Position numbers and translations under genes: made by a program. This document shows, one piece after another, positions 24,226-37,780 of a DNA stretch of 52,265 nucleotides (within the stretch, counting starts at the first letter, position 1; each line of letters begins with the position of its first letter). Origin of the DNA: Nemertoderma westbladi. Its lineage: Eukaryota; Animalia; Xenacoelomorpha. Under the pieces are notes generated by a model. The model saw only the letters and a list, made by a program, of their open reading frames with translations. It had not been told where the DNA came from and made no database searches. The stretch is taken from NCBI GenBank assembly GCA_032718475.1, contig JAUCBJ010006579.1:1-52265 (forward strand), in the 5' to 3' direction.

Positions 24226-26457
24226 ATGACTGACGTTAAATGTTTAGATAAACCGATTAATGCGGATATTATAACAGGAGGGGGAACCCAGGTTTACAAA
24301 CGTCGATGGTATGTACTCTCGTTGTTTTGTACGGCAGGATTCCTTGCCAATCTGTGCTGGAACACTTGGGATCCCATCGAATCCTCAGCGAAACTCGTCT
24401 ACAAATGGGATGATTCGGATGTCACTCTAGTCGGGACCTGGGGGCCTGGCACCATAGTGTTCGGCACCCCAATAGTTACATGGGTGCTACCACGCAAGGG
24501 TCTGCGTTTCTCAATGATTTTATCGACTGCCTTGTTAGTAATGGGATCGGGATTACGCTGTATTACTTTTAGTCCGGGACCGGCCACATGGTTAATCAAC
24601 TTTGGACAGATCGCTATCGGATTTGGCGGCGTATTGCCACTTGCCGGTACCACTCATATGTCTGTAACGTGGTTCCCGACGTTTCAAAGGAATACTGCAA
24701 CAGCGTTAATCCTAGGTACTCAATTTATTGGAATCGCTCTGTCGTTTTTGGTGGGACCGGCAATCGTCAAGCAGTATAGGATAGCTATAGAGCCTGCTGG
24801 GAATATATCTTTGTATGAGGACAATTTTAAACCCCTGTAATTTGACCAAAGTTTCAATATACTGTATCTCCAAAATGGCCCCAATAATAGTGTGGCCTTA
24901 TATTTCTGAATTACCTATTAAAATATGGCAATGGATAAATGATAGTACTAGATCGTGACAACAGACAAAAACAAGCGAAAAAACTTGAATTGTAGGGAAA
25001 CAGAAACATCTTTTAAAAATATAATCACCTATGCAACATTACTTTTTGATTTCATAATTTTGTACAGTATGACCTGGGTCAAATAACTAGGGTCTATTCA
25101 AATATTAGAGAAATTTATTATGGGGCGCAATGTTACAGCAAAAATTCGAAAAATAAAAACGAAAATAAAACGTTCGTACAAAAATTAGAATTATATTACC
25201 GTAGTATTTGCAGTAACAGAGTCCCCATAGTACCACCCACCACGACACACGCACGCACGCACGCGTAGTGTGACATTCTCTGCACACGGCGTTAGTGAAC
25301 CTTTATTAGCATTACAGTTTTTTAGTGACGGCCAAGTTGGTATTGTCCGGTATGAAAACTCGTAAAGTATAGTTCAGTTAACGATTTTCGATGCGATCTG
25401 TCGTCCACTGGACACAAACCAAATTTAACCTAACCAGCCAGCCTTTGTTGATATATTGACGTTCAAACATTGAGCCAGACAGACGGATAATGCCGATTTG
25501 GCCGTAAACTGTATGTTGTATAATACGGCTCACTGACTTTGTGGCTCGCCCCACATATTCAGAAGCTCCTTAATGACACATCGACAAAATCTATCGGAGT
25601 ACAATTTATCTATGAAATTGACAGATTTAACTCGAGCAAATTCAACGGACCCATTGAGGATCGAAGAACAACGAGATCAGATAATGCTGCTACTATTTAT
25701 CGAGTTCGGATTCTGTATGGTGTTGTTCATCCTCGTGTTGTTATACTTCCCATCGAAACCGCCTCTACCACCGACGGCATCAGCCGCATCCGAGAGAATC
25801 GAGTTCAAAGCCGGAATTATCCAAATCGCTAAATGTAAAAGTTTCTGGTTTCTAGTAAGTGCTTTCTCTCTATACGGGTTTTATCAATTCTTATACATCA
25901 GTAATAGCTATCGATCTGGCTACCGCAGGTATCAGCCAATCAACTTCCGGATGGATTGGGTTTTATTCCAGTGTGGCTGGAGGATTCTGTTGTCTAGTTT
26001 TTGCCGGAATTACAGATTTTCTTAGAGGAGGTATGAAGAAGGTAGTTTTGTCGGCTTGTGTACTCGGGACAGCCACGTTCTACGTCCTTACAATGGTTTC
26101 CAAGGGTTACTTTCCCACCAATGAAGCCATTGTGTATGCGAGCGTGATCTGCGCGGTAATGTGCGCCAATGGAATTGGGCCCCTTGTCTTGGAGATGTCG
26201 GCGGAATTACTCTACCCAGTAAGTGAGGAGTTAACCGCGGGAATTTTAGCTGTATAACGCAGAACTGCTCCGGATTTCTGTTGCTACTGGTAACGATGGT
26301 ACCCGGTGCGGGTTTTCATTGGTTAGACTGGGCCATACTGGTCGGTATCGCAGCAACTGTACCTCTTATCGCCATGGTGAAGGAGGAAAATAAAAGGATA
26401 AAATTCGATGAACTTTTGGTTGAAGATAAATCAATAGGACAACATCATAATTTATAA
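24226..26457 (+). pseudogene. SLC49A4: SLC49A4-like copy B, frameshifted as assembled; exons ~24226-24812 and 25625-26457
   Basis: Colinear with copy A; apparent 2-nt deletion at ~25870 and 2-nt insertion at ~26255; the restored frame ends at TAA 26455-26457. Confidence 0.75.
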
Positions 26458-26942
26458 ATTGTATCAACTCTGGTATAAGTGTACCAATTGTTAATTAATT
26501 ATTAATCTAAATGAAAAAATCCACTTTAGTTGCAATTAATTACATTTATAATTAATTATATTATATAATTATATATAATTATGTATATAATTAAACAATA
26601 TAATTACTTAGTTATTCACCCTAATGTCAGAATGTTTACTGGCAATTTTTCGACCAACGACCCGAACTTTCCTGTTGTGGTGCGGTCGCTAAAACGGATA
26701 ATACTTGAAAGGAATCAATTATTACTTGGCAGTGGGAATTACACCTCAAGTGAGATTTTGGCGCAGCAAACGAGATAAGTTAAGTATCAACTCGTTTGAT
26801 ACTTAAAATAGTCCAAAAACCGTGACGTTATTTAAGGACGACGCTTATTCATATATTAACATTAAGAAATTTATAAAATGTCCACTTATCAGAGCATAAA
26901 CCGCTTTTTTCGAGGAATAGTAGAAGCACGATGGCCAATTTT

Positions 26943-28843
26943 TATTAAAACTCTGAGGTTACTTGTAAGAGAGAAGATCTTAAGATAGCCTACAAAGTTA
27001 AAACCGAACAACTGAAAACATTAACAAGGTTGAGAAAGCTAAGGACGATCTTAAATTGGCCTACAACATCAGCCAGGAAAAGTACATACAGGATAAAACT
27101 GAAGCAATTACAACTGCTCACATACAGCAACAATCAGACTTACCTGGCAAACTGTAAATGAGGTATCTGGTCGGAAAAGTTGTGCAAAGGGGCGCCTCAG
27201 AGCCGATAGTCCTGAAGAACGTGTTGGGAAGTGGAAAAATCACTTCAGCAACTTGCTTGGGCAGCCACCAAACATCGAGGTCAGCCCTACAAGGAAAATA
27301 TATGACAAGACACTACCTATAGAAACAGGAGACTTCACACCTGCTGAACTCCAAAGAAGCATTAAAAGCATGTCCAATAATAAAGCGAGTGGATTAGATG
27401 AAATCCCAGCGGAGGTATGGAAAACCGGAGTGCTAAACAGACCATTATTGAATGTTTGCAACCGGATGTTAAAAGGGGAAAAGCCACCACCAATTTGGAC
27501 TACAGGTCAACTAAAGCCTCTCCCCAAGAAAGGAGACCTCGGCATACCAACAAACTATCGTGGGATCTGTCTGCTTGTGGTAGCTGCCAAAATATACAAT
27601 AAAATGATTCTATATAGGATTAGGCCTCACATAGAGAAACTACTGCGTAAGAGCCAAAACGGATTTCGACCAAGTAGATCCACAATAGCTCAGATACTTG
27701 CACTACGGAGACTGATTGAAGGAATTAAGTCAAAGAATCTCCCCGCAGTCATGACTTTTATGGACTTCAAGAAGGCATTCGACTCCATCCATAGAGGTAA
27801 AATGCTTGAAATCCTAAGAGCTTATGGAATACCAGAAGTAATTGTTGCTGGCATTGGATTGTTATATTGTGACACAGAAGCGCAGGTACTCTCACCATAT
27901 GGTGAAACTGAGTTTTTCTCAATCCTGGCTGGTGTACTGCAAGGTGACACATTAGCACCATTACTATTTGTAATTGTGCTGGATTACGCAATGAGGACGG
28001 CCACAAAGGGTGAAGATCTGGGATTCACACTTCAAGAACGCAGAAGTAGTAGATATCCGGCAACTACAGTCACAGACACCGACTTTGCGGATGACATCGC
28101 CCTGCTCTCTAATACGCTAGCAGATGCACAGCTTCTACTAAATAAAGTGGAGAGGGCTGCTAAGGAGGTTGGATTGCATATAAATGCTACAAAGACCGAA
28201 TTCATGACCTTTAATGTTGATGGAAACTTGACAACCATTGATAATAATCAACTAAGGAAGGTCGATGACTTCCAGTACCTTGGATCATGGAAAGAGAGTA
28301 GCAAAAAGGACATAGAAGTTAGGAAAGCAAAGGCTTGGGTAGCTCTATCAAAAATGGATACCATCTGGAAATCAGATCTCTCCAGGCACCTGAAGACTAA
28401 GTTCTTTCGAGCCACAGTGGAAAGTGTATTTTTATACGGGGGTGAGACCTGGACACTGACTAAATCACTTGAACGAACGAATTGATGGTTGCTACACAAG
28501 ACTACTAAGGGCAGCCCTAAACATCAGCTGGAGACAACACATGACAAACGCCGAACATTATGGTACAATACCACCTGTATCAACCACCCTCCGTGAACGC
28601 AGATTAAGATTCAGTGGACACTGCTGGCGAAGTAAAGACGAGGTCATACCAGATCTACTTCTCGGGCAACCAACTCATGGAAAGCGTAGTCGTGGACGAC
28701 CGGCTATAACATATATAGATCAACTTGAAAGGGATACTGAACTTGGGAGAAACGAAATTGCGACAACTATGGAGAATCGGGAAGCCTGGAAGGATCTCAT
28801 TTCCACTGTCCGAGTTCGCTCGACCGACCTACTGTAGTAGTAG
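26943..28843 (+). mobile_element. 5'-truncated RTE-clade LINE
   Basis: RT ORF 27253-28485, frameshifted into 28469-28837; (TAG)n tail; 46-bp flanking direct repeat at 26897-26942 and 28844-28889; no endonuclease domain. Confidence 0.92.
27253..28837 (+). pseudogene. Non-LTR reverse transcriptase, truncated, one frameshift near 28480
   Basis: KASGLDEIPAEVWK, PLPKKGDL...NYRGICLL, QNGFRPSRST, DFKKAFDSI, GVLQGDTLAP, FADDIALL; C-terminal RRLRFSGHCWR...GKRSRGRP. Confidence 0.92.
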
Positions 28844-29199
28844 TAAACCGCTTTTTTCGAGGAATAGTAGAAGCACGATGGCCAATTTTCAACTTATAAC
28901 AAAAAAAATTAAAAAAGTGGTAATAGGGGGTGTTTTGAATCACCCAATCATCATTCATGCAAAATTTCTTAAGAATTCGTCAATTTTTAGAAAAGTCTTT
29001 GCACTTTGAAATATACAAAATTTGGATTCTTCAGAAAACGCATTTAAAGTTTATGCTTAAGGTAATTCTGTCCAATGAAATGTTAGAATGCGCACAACCC
29101 CGCATGTTAAATGTATTTTGTTTCAAGGGCTTTCCGGGTCGGTGATTTCATTTTTAAAGTCCTTTTACTCATTTGACATATTCATATATATCTGTCATT

Positions 29200-29850
29200 G
29201 CTGTCTGTCTGTCAGTCAAAATAGAACCGACAGCTGAACAGACAATGTGGATGACATCAAACACGAAAACTGACATCGGGAATGAAATCACCAACCATGA
29301 AAACCCCCATAACAAAATGTTTAGGTAGTTGGTATGCATTCCTATTACTTTGACAGACAGATCGCAGGGCAGACAGAAAAACCGACATTAAAACAGACAT
29401 TATACAGTAGTAGGTTTTGTTAAAAGTGAAAACTGACGTCGGAAATGAAGTCAGCAACCAGGATAATCCCCTTAACAAAACTTTTATCTTGTTGGAATGC
29501 TTTCCATATATTTTCACAGACAGGCGGAGATACAGACAGACCGACAATCAGACATAATAGACTTCACTAAAAAATAAAACTGACTTTGGAAATGAAATCA
29601 GCGACGAAAAAAACCACAACAAAGAAGTTTCAGCTAGGTGGTATGATGTCCTTATATTTGACAGACAGATCGTCGGACAGACAGACAGACATAGAGAGAG
29701 ACATAATAGTTTTCGTTAAAACTTACGTTTGGAATGAAACCAGCGACTATGAAAACTCCCATAGCATAACTTTTAGCTAGAAAGAATGATTTTGCAATAT
29801 TTTGACGGACAAACCGTCAGAAACATAATCCAAGACAGACAGTTTTCACA
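29200..29850. repeat. Degenerate tandem repeat, about 4 units of 140-165 bp
   Basis: AAAACTGAC..GGAATGAAATCAGC/ACC-like core recurs at ~29266, 29429, 29577 and 29718, each unit with GACAGACAG runs. Confidence 0.7.
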
Positions 29851-30493
29851 GACATTTACAGAGTAAGGTTAACATTATCTCTCATATGACTATTAGCTAT
29901 TAGAAAACGGTTTGAAGTTTTGAAATCTGCACTAGAGGGGGTTGAAATTGAAAAGTCGATTTTTTTTAATTAGTCACCCCCCCCCCCCCCCCCCCCCCCC
30001 CTCCTTAAGGTCCGCGAAGCGAACGATACATCTACTAGCCACTCCGTTTGTTGTTCTGTTGTTGATTTCCACTTTGCCTTTGCTCACTAGGTAATGTATT
30101 GCGATTTTTCTCACTCTGTAAATCGTTGGAAGTGTAGATGACGGGTTTAATTCCACAGTTAGATTTCGGTTTTGTAAAATTGGTTTACAAATTGAAACTT
30201 GAAAGCATGATTCAGGTTGGTAGTAAGCCATTCAATTCAAGGAGTAGATAGTTCATGAGTTAATAGATTTAATAAATTATTTATAAGTCGATTGATATTA
30301 AAATTCATTTTACACAAAATATACGCGAAGGTTTCCGAAATAAAACATTGAAAATCGCACCAAATACAGTTTAACTGATTATAAATTTAATATTCCTAAA
30401 CTCAGTGGGAATTTTATTGAAATTAAATCGACGGCATTCTAGAACAGAAATAAACCCAAACAATAACAAGTCCTAAGAACCAATATAATGTGT

Positions 30494-31906
30494 TCATCGA
30501 TTGGAGGTACACGGATCCGGATCCGAGTCCGACTCCGAGTCCACGGATTGCACATAGAGTATCTCGTTGGCGACGAGGCCGAGTTGTCTGAGACTCACTG
30601 AATCGTCGTTGACAACAACAACGCGGGGGTAGGAACGCACGATGAGGAACGAACGCGGAACGCTATCCTGCACGAAAGCGAACCGGTAGAGGGCGCTGCA
30701 CGTGTCGTCCACCCGATGGAAACGACGGAGAATCCGGGAACCGGAAGGAAGCCGGAACTGGAACTGAACTGCTTCCGGATGGTCGGAAGGGAGTTCGGAA
30801 TCCTGCAGGCGACTTCTCTCTATAGATTTATCTATTTCCAACTGGTACTCCTCCTCTCGGCGCTCCTCTTCAACCACCTCCCTTCGCTCTTCCTCATCCT
30901 CCTCCACTCTCTGTTTCTCCTCTTCTTCCTCCCTCCTCTTCCTCGCTTTCTCCCTATCAAGTCTCAGCGACTGCTCATACGCGGCGTCCTGCTCCTCCCG
31001 CAACCCCCTCACCTGCTCCCGCTCCGCCCTCTGCCTGCGCAGCTCCCGCAGTCGCCCCAACCCCCGCGCTCGCATGCTACGCAGATGGCCCACCAGCGCG
31101 CCGACCTCCAGTCGCCCCTTAACCTCCCCTATCTTCCGCAGTCGTGCGCCGCCACTGGGCGCGAGCAGCGCCACTAATGGGAGGGTACGGGAGAACCCCC
31201 GCAACAGCGTCCACACGCGGACGCCTTCCGTCGAGGAATCCACGTCGCAAAGCCACAGAACAACGTCGTCGCCCTCGTCTATAAACTGCTTAAACCCCTC
31301 GTGAACGAGATCAACTCCGCGCGACTCGAAACCTCTTCGAGAGTCCAAATAAACAACTAAGAAACTAATCGTTTGTTTGCAATGTTCGCAAGCGGAAGCG
31401 AAAGGCGCGGCGAATATAGACGGGAGACTCTCGGCCTCGAGTTCTCTCTGCAACGCGGAAACGCGTCGAGTCACTTCCGTTTGCGCGTCGGAATTCCCGA
31501 TCTGCGGCCGCGGAAATATAATATCGTAAATGTAACGAACTAAGTCGGCGACGGTGGAGTAAGTCGTGTAGAAAGGCACGGCTAGACACCAGAGGCACCA
31601 GGCGAGCCAGGTGTCGGGGGGTTGCCAGTAGGGGACCACGACCGAGTAGACTGCGTCCGATGGGACCGGGCCTGTGTGTCCGACGAGTCGTTGGGGCCCG
31701 GCGAGTATCTGCGGAGGGGTTGGCACCCGTCGGAGTGGCCCCAGATGGAAGTGTTGGGCTACCGCCTCCTCCAGGTTCCAATTGGTTTCGGAGAGAGCGA
31801 CCTCGCATACAGCTATGTCGTCGATCCCCGTCATGTCCTGGAATTGCAGGAGAATCTCCGTGTGTTCCGGGGACAGTTGATGTGGTCCAGAGTTCCCTTC
31901 AGCCAT
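30494..31906 (-). CDS. FAF2: FAS-associated factor 2 (UBXD8)-like UBA-UAS-UBX protein, single exon, 470 aa
   Basis: UBA (LLQFQDMTGIDD...NWNLEEAV), hydrophobic hairpin (WLAWCLWCLAVPFY), UAS (FLVVYL...LWLCDV..EG), coiled coil (LREEQDAAYEQSLRLDREK), UBX (FRLPSGSRILRRF...SYPR). Confidence 0.9.
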   Translation of the reverse strand: MAEGNSGPHQLSPEHTEILLQFQDMTGIDDIAVCEVALSETNWNLEEAVAQHFHLGPLRRVPTPPQILAGPQRLVGHTGPVPSDAVYSVVVPYWQPPDTWLAWCLWCLAVPFYTTYSTVADLVRYIYDIIFPRPQIGNSDAQTEVTRRVSALQRELEAESLPSIFAAPFASACEHCKQTISFLVVYLDSRRGFESRGVDLVHEGFKQFIDEGDDVVLWLCDVDSSTEGVRVWTLLRGFSRTLPLVALLAPSGGARLRKIGEVKGRLEVGALVGHLRSMRARGLGRLRELRRQRAEREQVRGLREEQDAAYEQSLRLDREKARKRREEEEEKQRVEEDEEERREVVEEERREEEYQLEIDKSIERSRLQDSELPSDHPEAVQFQFRLPSGSRILRRFHRVDDTCSALYRFAFVQDSVPRSFLIVRSYPRVVVVNDDSVSLRQLGLVANEILYVQSVDSESDSDPDPCTSNR

Positions 31907-34218
31907 TATTTTTACATATGGCTATACTGCCTGACTGCTATATGGCTGTATGGCAGGATGGAGATAGGGCCTATGGCCTAGACTGCTAGACTGTAGACAG
32001 ATAGAGTGTAGAGGCTGAGAGGATAGAGGGCTGTCTGTCACTGTCAGTCCGTTTCCGTACAGCCGAACTGCCGTAGGAAGTGAGAGTGAGAGATGGTAGT
32101 ACTGTAGGTAGTAATACAGTAATATCAATCTGTCAATATCAAACAATCAGACAATAGGCCCTATGCAGCTATGTAATTCTGTAATTGTAATATCTGAATC
32201 CTGGAATCTAAACTGCATCCAGAATCAGCAGATCAGTGAATACCGGTATACTGCAGTACTGACTGATATATTATGTATTATCTGACTGCTGTCAGACTGT
32301 ATTAATTAGCGCCTAGCTGATTAGAGTACAGTAAGGTACAGTCAGCCAGTTCATGTCTTTTGTACAGCCAGATGGGGGCTGGATTCTGCAGTTTTTAAGT
32401 GGAAATCCCCGTAGCTTATCATTGGAATTTTTAAATTTAAACGGGCACTCTCAATAAAATTTGGGCACGGAGATATTAGTATCATTAGAACCGGCTTCAA
32501 ATTCTACACCTTGACGTGCTTGTACAATAAATTTAGAGCTTGTATGAAGAAGTTATTGTAAATAATATAATTAAATCAAAAATCCAGCCAGATGATATTT
32601 ACCAGCCAGATGGTGTCCAAACATAACCTCTCTGAGATCAATCAGAGAGCCGACGTGTATGTATGTCACTCAAAAGCTCCCTATTGCCAGATGGCTGCCA
32701 ATTATTTACAGCTCACTGGACTCTACATACATACCAGTACCATTGACACAACAGCAACAGACTAACCAACCAACTAATAGACTACCGAATCCACAGCCCA
32801 TACTCTGATACTGCAATACTAGTGGCAAGCCAAGTAGCCTACAACGCCGTGGGGGATATTACCCAGTAAGCTTAGCCTACTATAACAAACTGCAGAACTT
32901 TATTTAGCTCAACAGCTGTAGTTTCTGTCTTATAACCTGTACATATTCTAATTTGTTTATTGTTTTGGTTAGATTCAACCCTTCTGTAACCTGTGTTTTT
33001 GGTGAAAACCTGGTATTCTTCACATGGGGGTAACTGCAAAGTGAAATATAACGGTAGAAAGTCTGGTATTCTTCACATGGGCCGTTATTTGCGTCGAATT
33101 TCTCCTGGAGAGGAATGCATTTTTATTGCGTCCAGCTTCCCCCCCCCCCCTCCCCTATCTGAAATTTTTAAGTTCTGATAATTTTTTAAATTTTTCAGAA
33201 ATTAAATTGATCTTGCAGATAAACTATAGATTTTAGAGTAAACATAATTATTCAGTCAGTATGAGATGAGGTGGGACATTTTCTCACACCTCCAAATCCC
33301 GCGAAACATATTATAATTAATATAATGTAATATTTCCAATACAATTTTATTTATTTGTGTGGAATTAATTTCGCACTACCAAATCGCCAGGGCGACATAT
33401 TTTCCAGCTTTACATCGCAGTGTGACAATATTTCTCAGTATGTCCCTACGCCATGCATTTTGCTATGTATGTCCAGTACCAGTATGTCACCGCGTCATTA
33501 TTTGGTTGTTCTAGAAAGTTTGAGTTCATAACTACAAATAATTCCCCACAAATAAATAAAATTAGATTCGTCATTGTTCATAATTAGCACATTAAAGCTT
33601 TTACGGCCCTCGTTCTATTATTTCACTCACTGTCGCTAGGGAAACAAAATCACTCGTGCTGTAACGCTATAAAAGTTCTATTTTATGAACAATGACGTAT
33701 ATATAGTTAATATTATTAAACTATCAACTATACCATCAGACCATGGCATGACCGATGACCGCAATATTCAATTAGATAATATGTAAGGTAAAGTAAGGTT
33801 AATTACTTTATTAGGTAATATGTAAGGTTAATTACTTTATTGGCTAATATGTTATGTAAGTTTATTACTTTATTATGTAATATGTATAAGGTTAATTGCC
33901 ATCCATGTATTTAGATTATTCAATTATGAATCTTTTCATAAGCCATGTGCCATGCAGCCATGTCACAATGTCTATTGTCTATCAGTAGCAGCCAGCTTAT
34001 GGCTTACTTATGAGAGAGGAAAAGTTACATCCAAAGCACAAACAGATAACGCTGCATAATTTAACGCATTTTAAACTTTAACACAAAATCAACTTATTAT
34101 TACAACTTACAAACTTAACGTAAGGTTAATTCAGCATCTACAGTTCACAGTTGTAATCCAGGCACAGCACCAAGCACCAAGGGGCGCCTCTATTTCAGTT
34201 ATACCCAACCTCCCACAG

Positions 34219-34312
34219 AGCGGCTACATCACAAGAACACCTGCAAGCATTGCGGCTATATCACAAGAAAATCTGTCAAGCATTGCGGCTACATCACAAG
34301 AAAGTCTGTCAA
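34219..34312. repeat. Three-copy ~32-bp minisatellite
   Basis: GCGGCTA(C/T)ATCACAAGAA repeated three times. Confidence 0.75.
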
Positions 34313-34840
34313 TCATTTATCAGAGCTGGAGAGGGTTAACTCCTTCAAATCATACTGAACAAAGCAGCCCGATAACGGAACTGCAATTGGCCAGCCAGTT
34401 GATATCCAGACCAGCCAGGTGCGGGCTGGTGTTTCTATGAACTGGCTGGAAAAAAGTGAGATTTCATCTGGCTGCACAAAACCTCTAACTGGCTGACTGT
34501 ACCTTACTGGAGTAGGCCTATTAAATTTGCAGTTGACAGTACTGCAGTATCCAGGTATCACTGTATCACATCACAGCACGAGCACAGGTCTCACTGTGCT
34601 GTATTGCATGTATTGCATATTGCAGTAGGCCTATTGTATCTCTATACAGTACTACTCCTACCTAAGCTCTACTACTAGCTGACTTACCTAGCTGCCTAGC
34701 TGCCTAGCTGACTAGTACTAGCAGACTAGTCCGACAGATATTGCATTCAGCATTATACCTTGTGCCTTGCGCTTGCATGGAAGTACAGAAGATACTACAG
34801 AAGAAGTATACAGGGTCAGACGGGGTAGGTGCTAAAATGC

Positions 34841-35950
34841 ACAACGAGCAACAATGACCAACAACGAGCAACAATGAGCAACAATGAGCAACAACGAGCA
34901 ACAATGAGCAACAACGAGCAACAATGAGCAACAACGAGCAACAATGAGCAACAACGAGCAAAAACGAGCAACAATGAGCAACCACGAGCAACAATGAGCA
35001 ATAATAAAGTACAACAATGAGCAACAACGAGCAACAATGAGCAACAACGAGCAACAATGAGCAACAACGAGCAACAACGAGCAACAATGAGCAATAATAA
35101 AGTACTACAATGAGCAACAATGACCAACAATGAGCAACAATGACCAACAACGAGCAACAATGAACAACAATGAGCAACAATGACCAACAACGAGCAACAA
35201 TGAGCAACAACGAGCAACAATGAGCAATAATAAAGTACAACAATGAGCAACAATGACCAACAGCGAGCAACAACGAGCAATAATAAAGTACAACAATGAC
35301 CAACAATGACCAACAACGAGCAACAATGAATAATAATGACCAACAATGAGCAACAATGACCAACAACGAGCAAAAATGAGCAACAATGAGCAACAATGAG
35401 CAATAATAAAGTACAACAATGAGCAACAATGACCAACAATGAGCAACAACGAGCAACAATGAGCAACAACGAGCAACAATGAGCAATAATAAAGTACAAC
35501 AACGAGCAACAATGACCAACAACGAGCAACAATGAGCAATAATAAAGTACAACAATGAGCAACAATGACCAACAACGAGCAACAATGAGCAACAATGAGC
35601 AACTATGAGCAATAATAAAGTACAACAATGAGCAACAATGACCAACAATGAGCAACAACGAGCAACAATGAGCAACAACGAGCAACAATGAGCAATAATA
35701 AAGTACAACAACGAGCAACAATGACCAATCATACAGTACAGCAACGAACGAGCAATGACTAACAGTGAGCAACAACGAGCAACAATGACCAACAACGAGC
35801 AACAATGAGCAACAACGAGCAACTATGAGCAACAATCGAGTACAACAATGGGCAACAATAACGTACAACAATGAGCGACAATGTCCAGCAATGAGCTACA
35901 GTGACCAACAATGTACCTGATACTAACGAGCATCAATGAGCTGTATCAAT
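34841..35950 (+). repeat. 10-bp satellite (ACAA(T/C)GA(G/C)CA)n, left arm
   Basis: About 100 units with a periodic ATAATAAAGT variant; degenerates inward past ~35720. Confidence 0.97.
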
Positions 35951-36699
35951 GAGCAATATTAATGTACATCATACCTATCAACATATGAGCATCAATGAGC
36001 AACTTCGTAGCAACTATGTGCAACATCGAGCAATAATTTAGTACTACATCGGGCAACAATGAGCAATCATAAAGTATCATCTTACGATGTAACTTTGACC
36101 GACAATGAGCAACAACGTGCATCAGTTGATCGGACTGTGACTTCCAGGTTCTTCCAGGTTGCCTATACGATCCAAAGGAGGAACTGGACTCCATGTGGAT
36201 CCAGGGGAAGTCATTTTGACGTTGGTACCGTAAGTCTGTCGTTTGAGGCGTAGGTCCTAATTCTAACATTGGCACAGTCACGATTCGGGTACCTACAAAT
36301 GTAATAGGTACAGAATACTACTGTCAGACTGTACTAAATTTTGTACTAAAAACTAACTGGGCAAAGTCTACTGAACAGACCTTTTGCTAAATTGACAGAA
36401 CCCGTTGACCGGACCCATTGCCATTTAAAGGCAGAAAGGAGCAGGCAGCAGATTAGTAAAGGACCGGCTTACAGAGGCGTGTTCAGGTGTTGGCGTTGGT
36501 GGGAACAAAAACAATAAACGAAAGTTAAGACATGTAGCAAGATTATGGGTCCGGTCACAAAAAGCTCAGGTAATAAGGGTCCGGTCAATACACAAGTAAA
36601 ATATAAATCAAATATAAAGCTTCAACAACACATAAATAAAAATTTAATAGACCTAAAGTAAATAACAAATCAAATACAAAATAGCCTTGGCTTGGCTTA

Positions 36700-37780
36700 C
36701 CGGACAGACCAATCAGAAACGTATTATGCAAAGCAGTTTGTAGCAATTGGTCTGTCCACCTTTTTCAAGTTTTTGCTTTCTTAGTTACAAAATTGGGAAT
36801 AAGATGTGTGTTTGAAAAAGGTGGACTGTACACATGCTCAAAAAACTTAGATAATAGTATGACCAATCAGAAACGTATTAAAGCAATGCTATTTATTAGT
36901 GATTGGACTGTCCACCTTTTTCAGGTTTCAATTATCTATCTATAATCGGCATGCTGGAAGCAGCTGCATTAAGAAAGCTGCCGGTGTCCTAGGCGTATCT
37001 ACCCCCCCCCCCCCCCCCCCCCCCCCCTATTTTGTGGTTGGGTTAGTTGGTCAGGCCCAAACCCTAATTAAAACTGTCATTAGTAACCCTATAACCTTAA
37101 CGTCCCGATGCTCTAGGCCTAATCTAAGAAATTTTGTGGAATTTAGGATCCAAAATATTTAAGGTTGGGGTTACATAGCAGTTTTAATTAAGGTTTTGGG
37201 CCTCCATTTCCACTTTGAATTAGGGTTTCGGACCGCCACTCCCCAAATATGGGGACTTATTTACCTCCCTCGGCTGCGCTCGGTCGTTTAATAACAGATC
37301 TCGGGATGAACGGTAAATAAAGCATATTCTATTTCCCTCACAGTACAATAGGTAGTTATTATAATTATCTTTATACTGTAATGAGTTAGACTATTGATGT
37401 TCCAATATTGATGCTAAGGCTGTAAGGCTCAGCTCACAGACTTCGTGGCTCGCCCCATATTATTTAACTAGGCCTATTTCGACAACTTCGGTTGGTCTCA
37501 GTAAGTATGGGATAATAATAACAATAATAATCCATAATACCTTCTGAAATTTTTTAAAAAAATGGATATAATGCTATAATGTGCAAATCAATCTGATTGG
37601 TCAATTCATTACCTGTTTTTTCTCAACCCAGTCCACCTTATTCAAATTTGAAAAAGGTGGACAACAAAGCTGAAAAAGGTGGACATGCTGTGTGACGCAA
37701 ATCGCCCGTGATTGGCAGATTGGTCTGTCCATTGTCCATGTTTTCTGTGTCCAGTCCACCTTTTTCAAACACCCCTGTCC
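36700..37780. repeat. Cluster of direct and inverted GTCCACCTTTTTCAA / GACCAATCAG motifs (probable nested element)
   Basis: GACCAATCAGAAACGTATTA at ~36707 and 36861; GTGTTTGAAAAAGGTGGACTG (~36808) is the inverse of CAGTCCACCTTTTTCAAACAC (~37752). Confidence 0.55.

Noticed and set aside
30716-31989. Overlapping alternative-frame and antisense ORFs over FAF2
   Set aside because: Expected by-product of a GC-rich coding region; no motifs.
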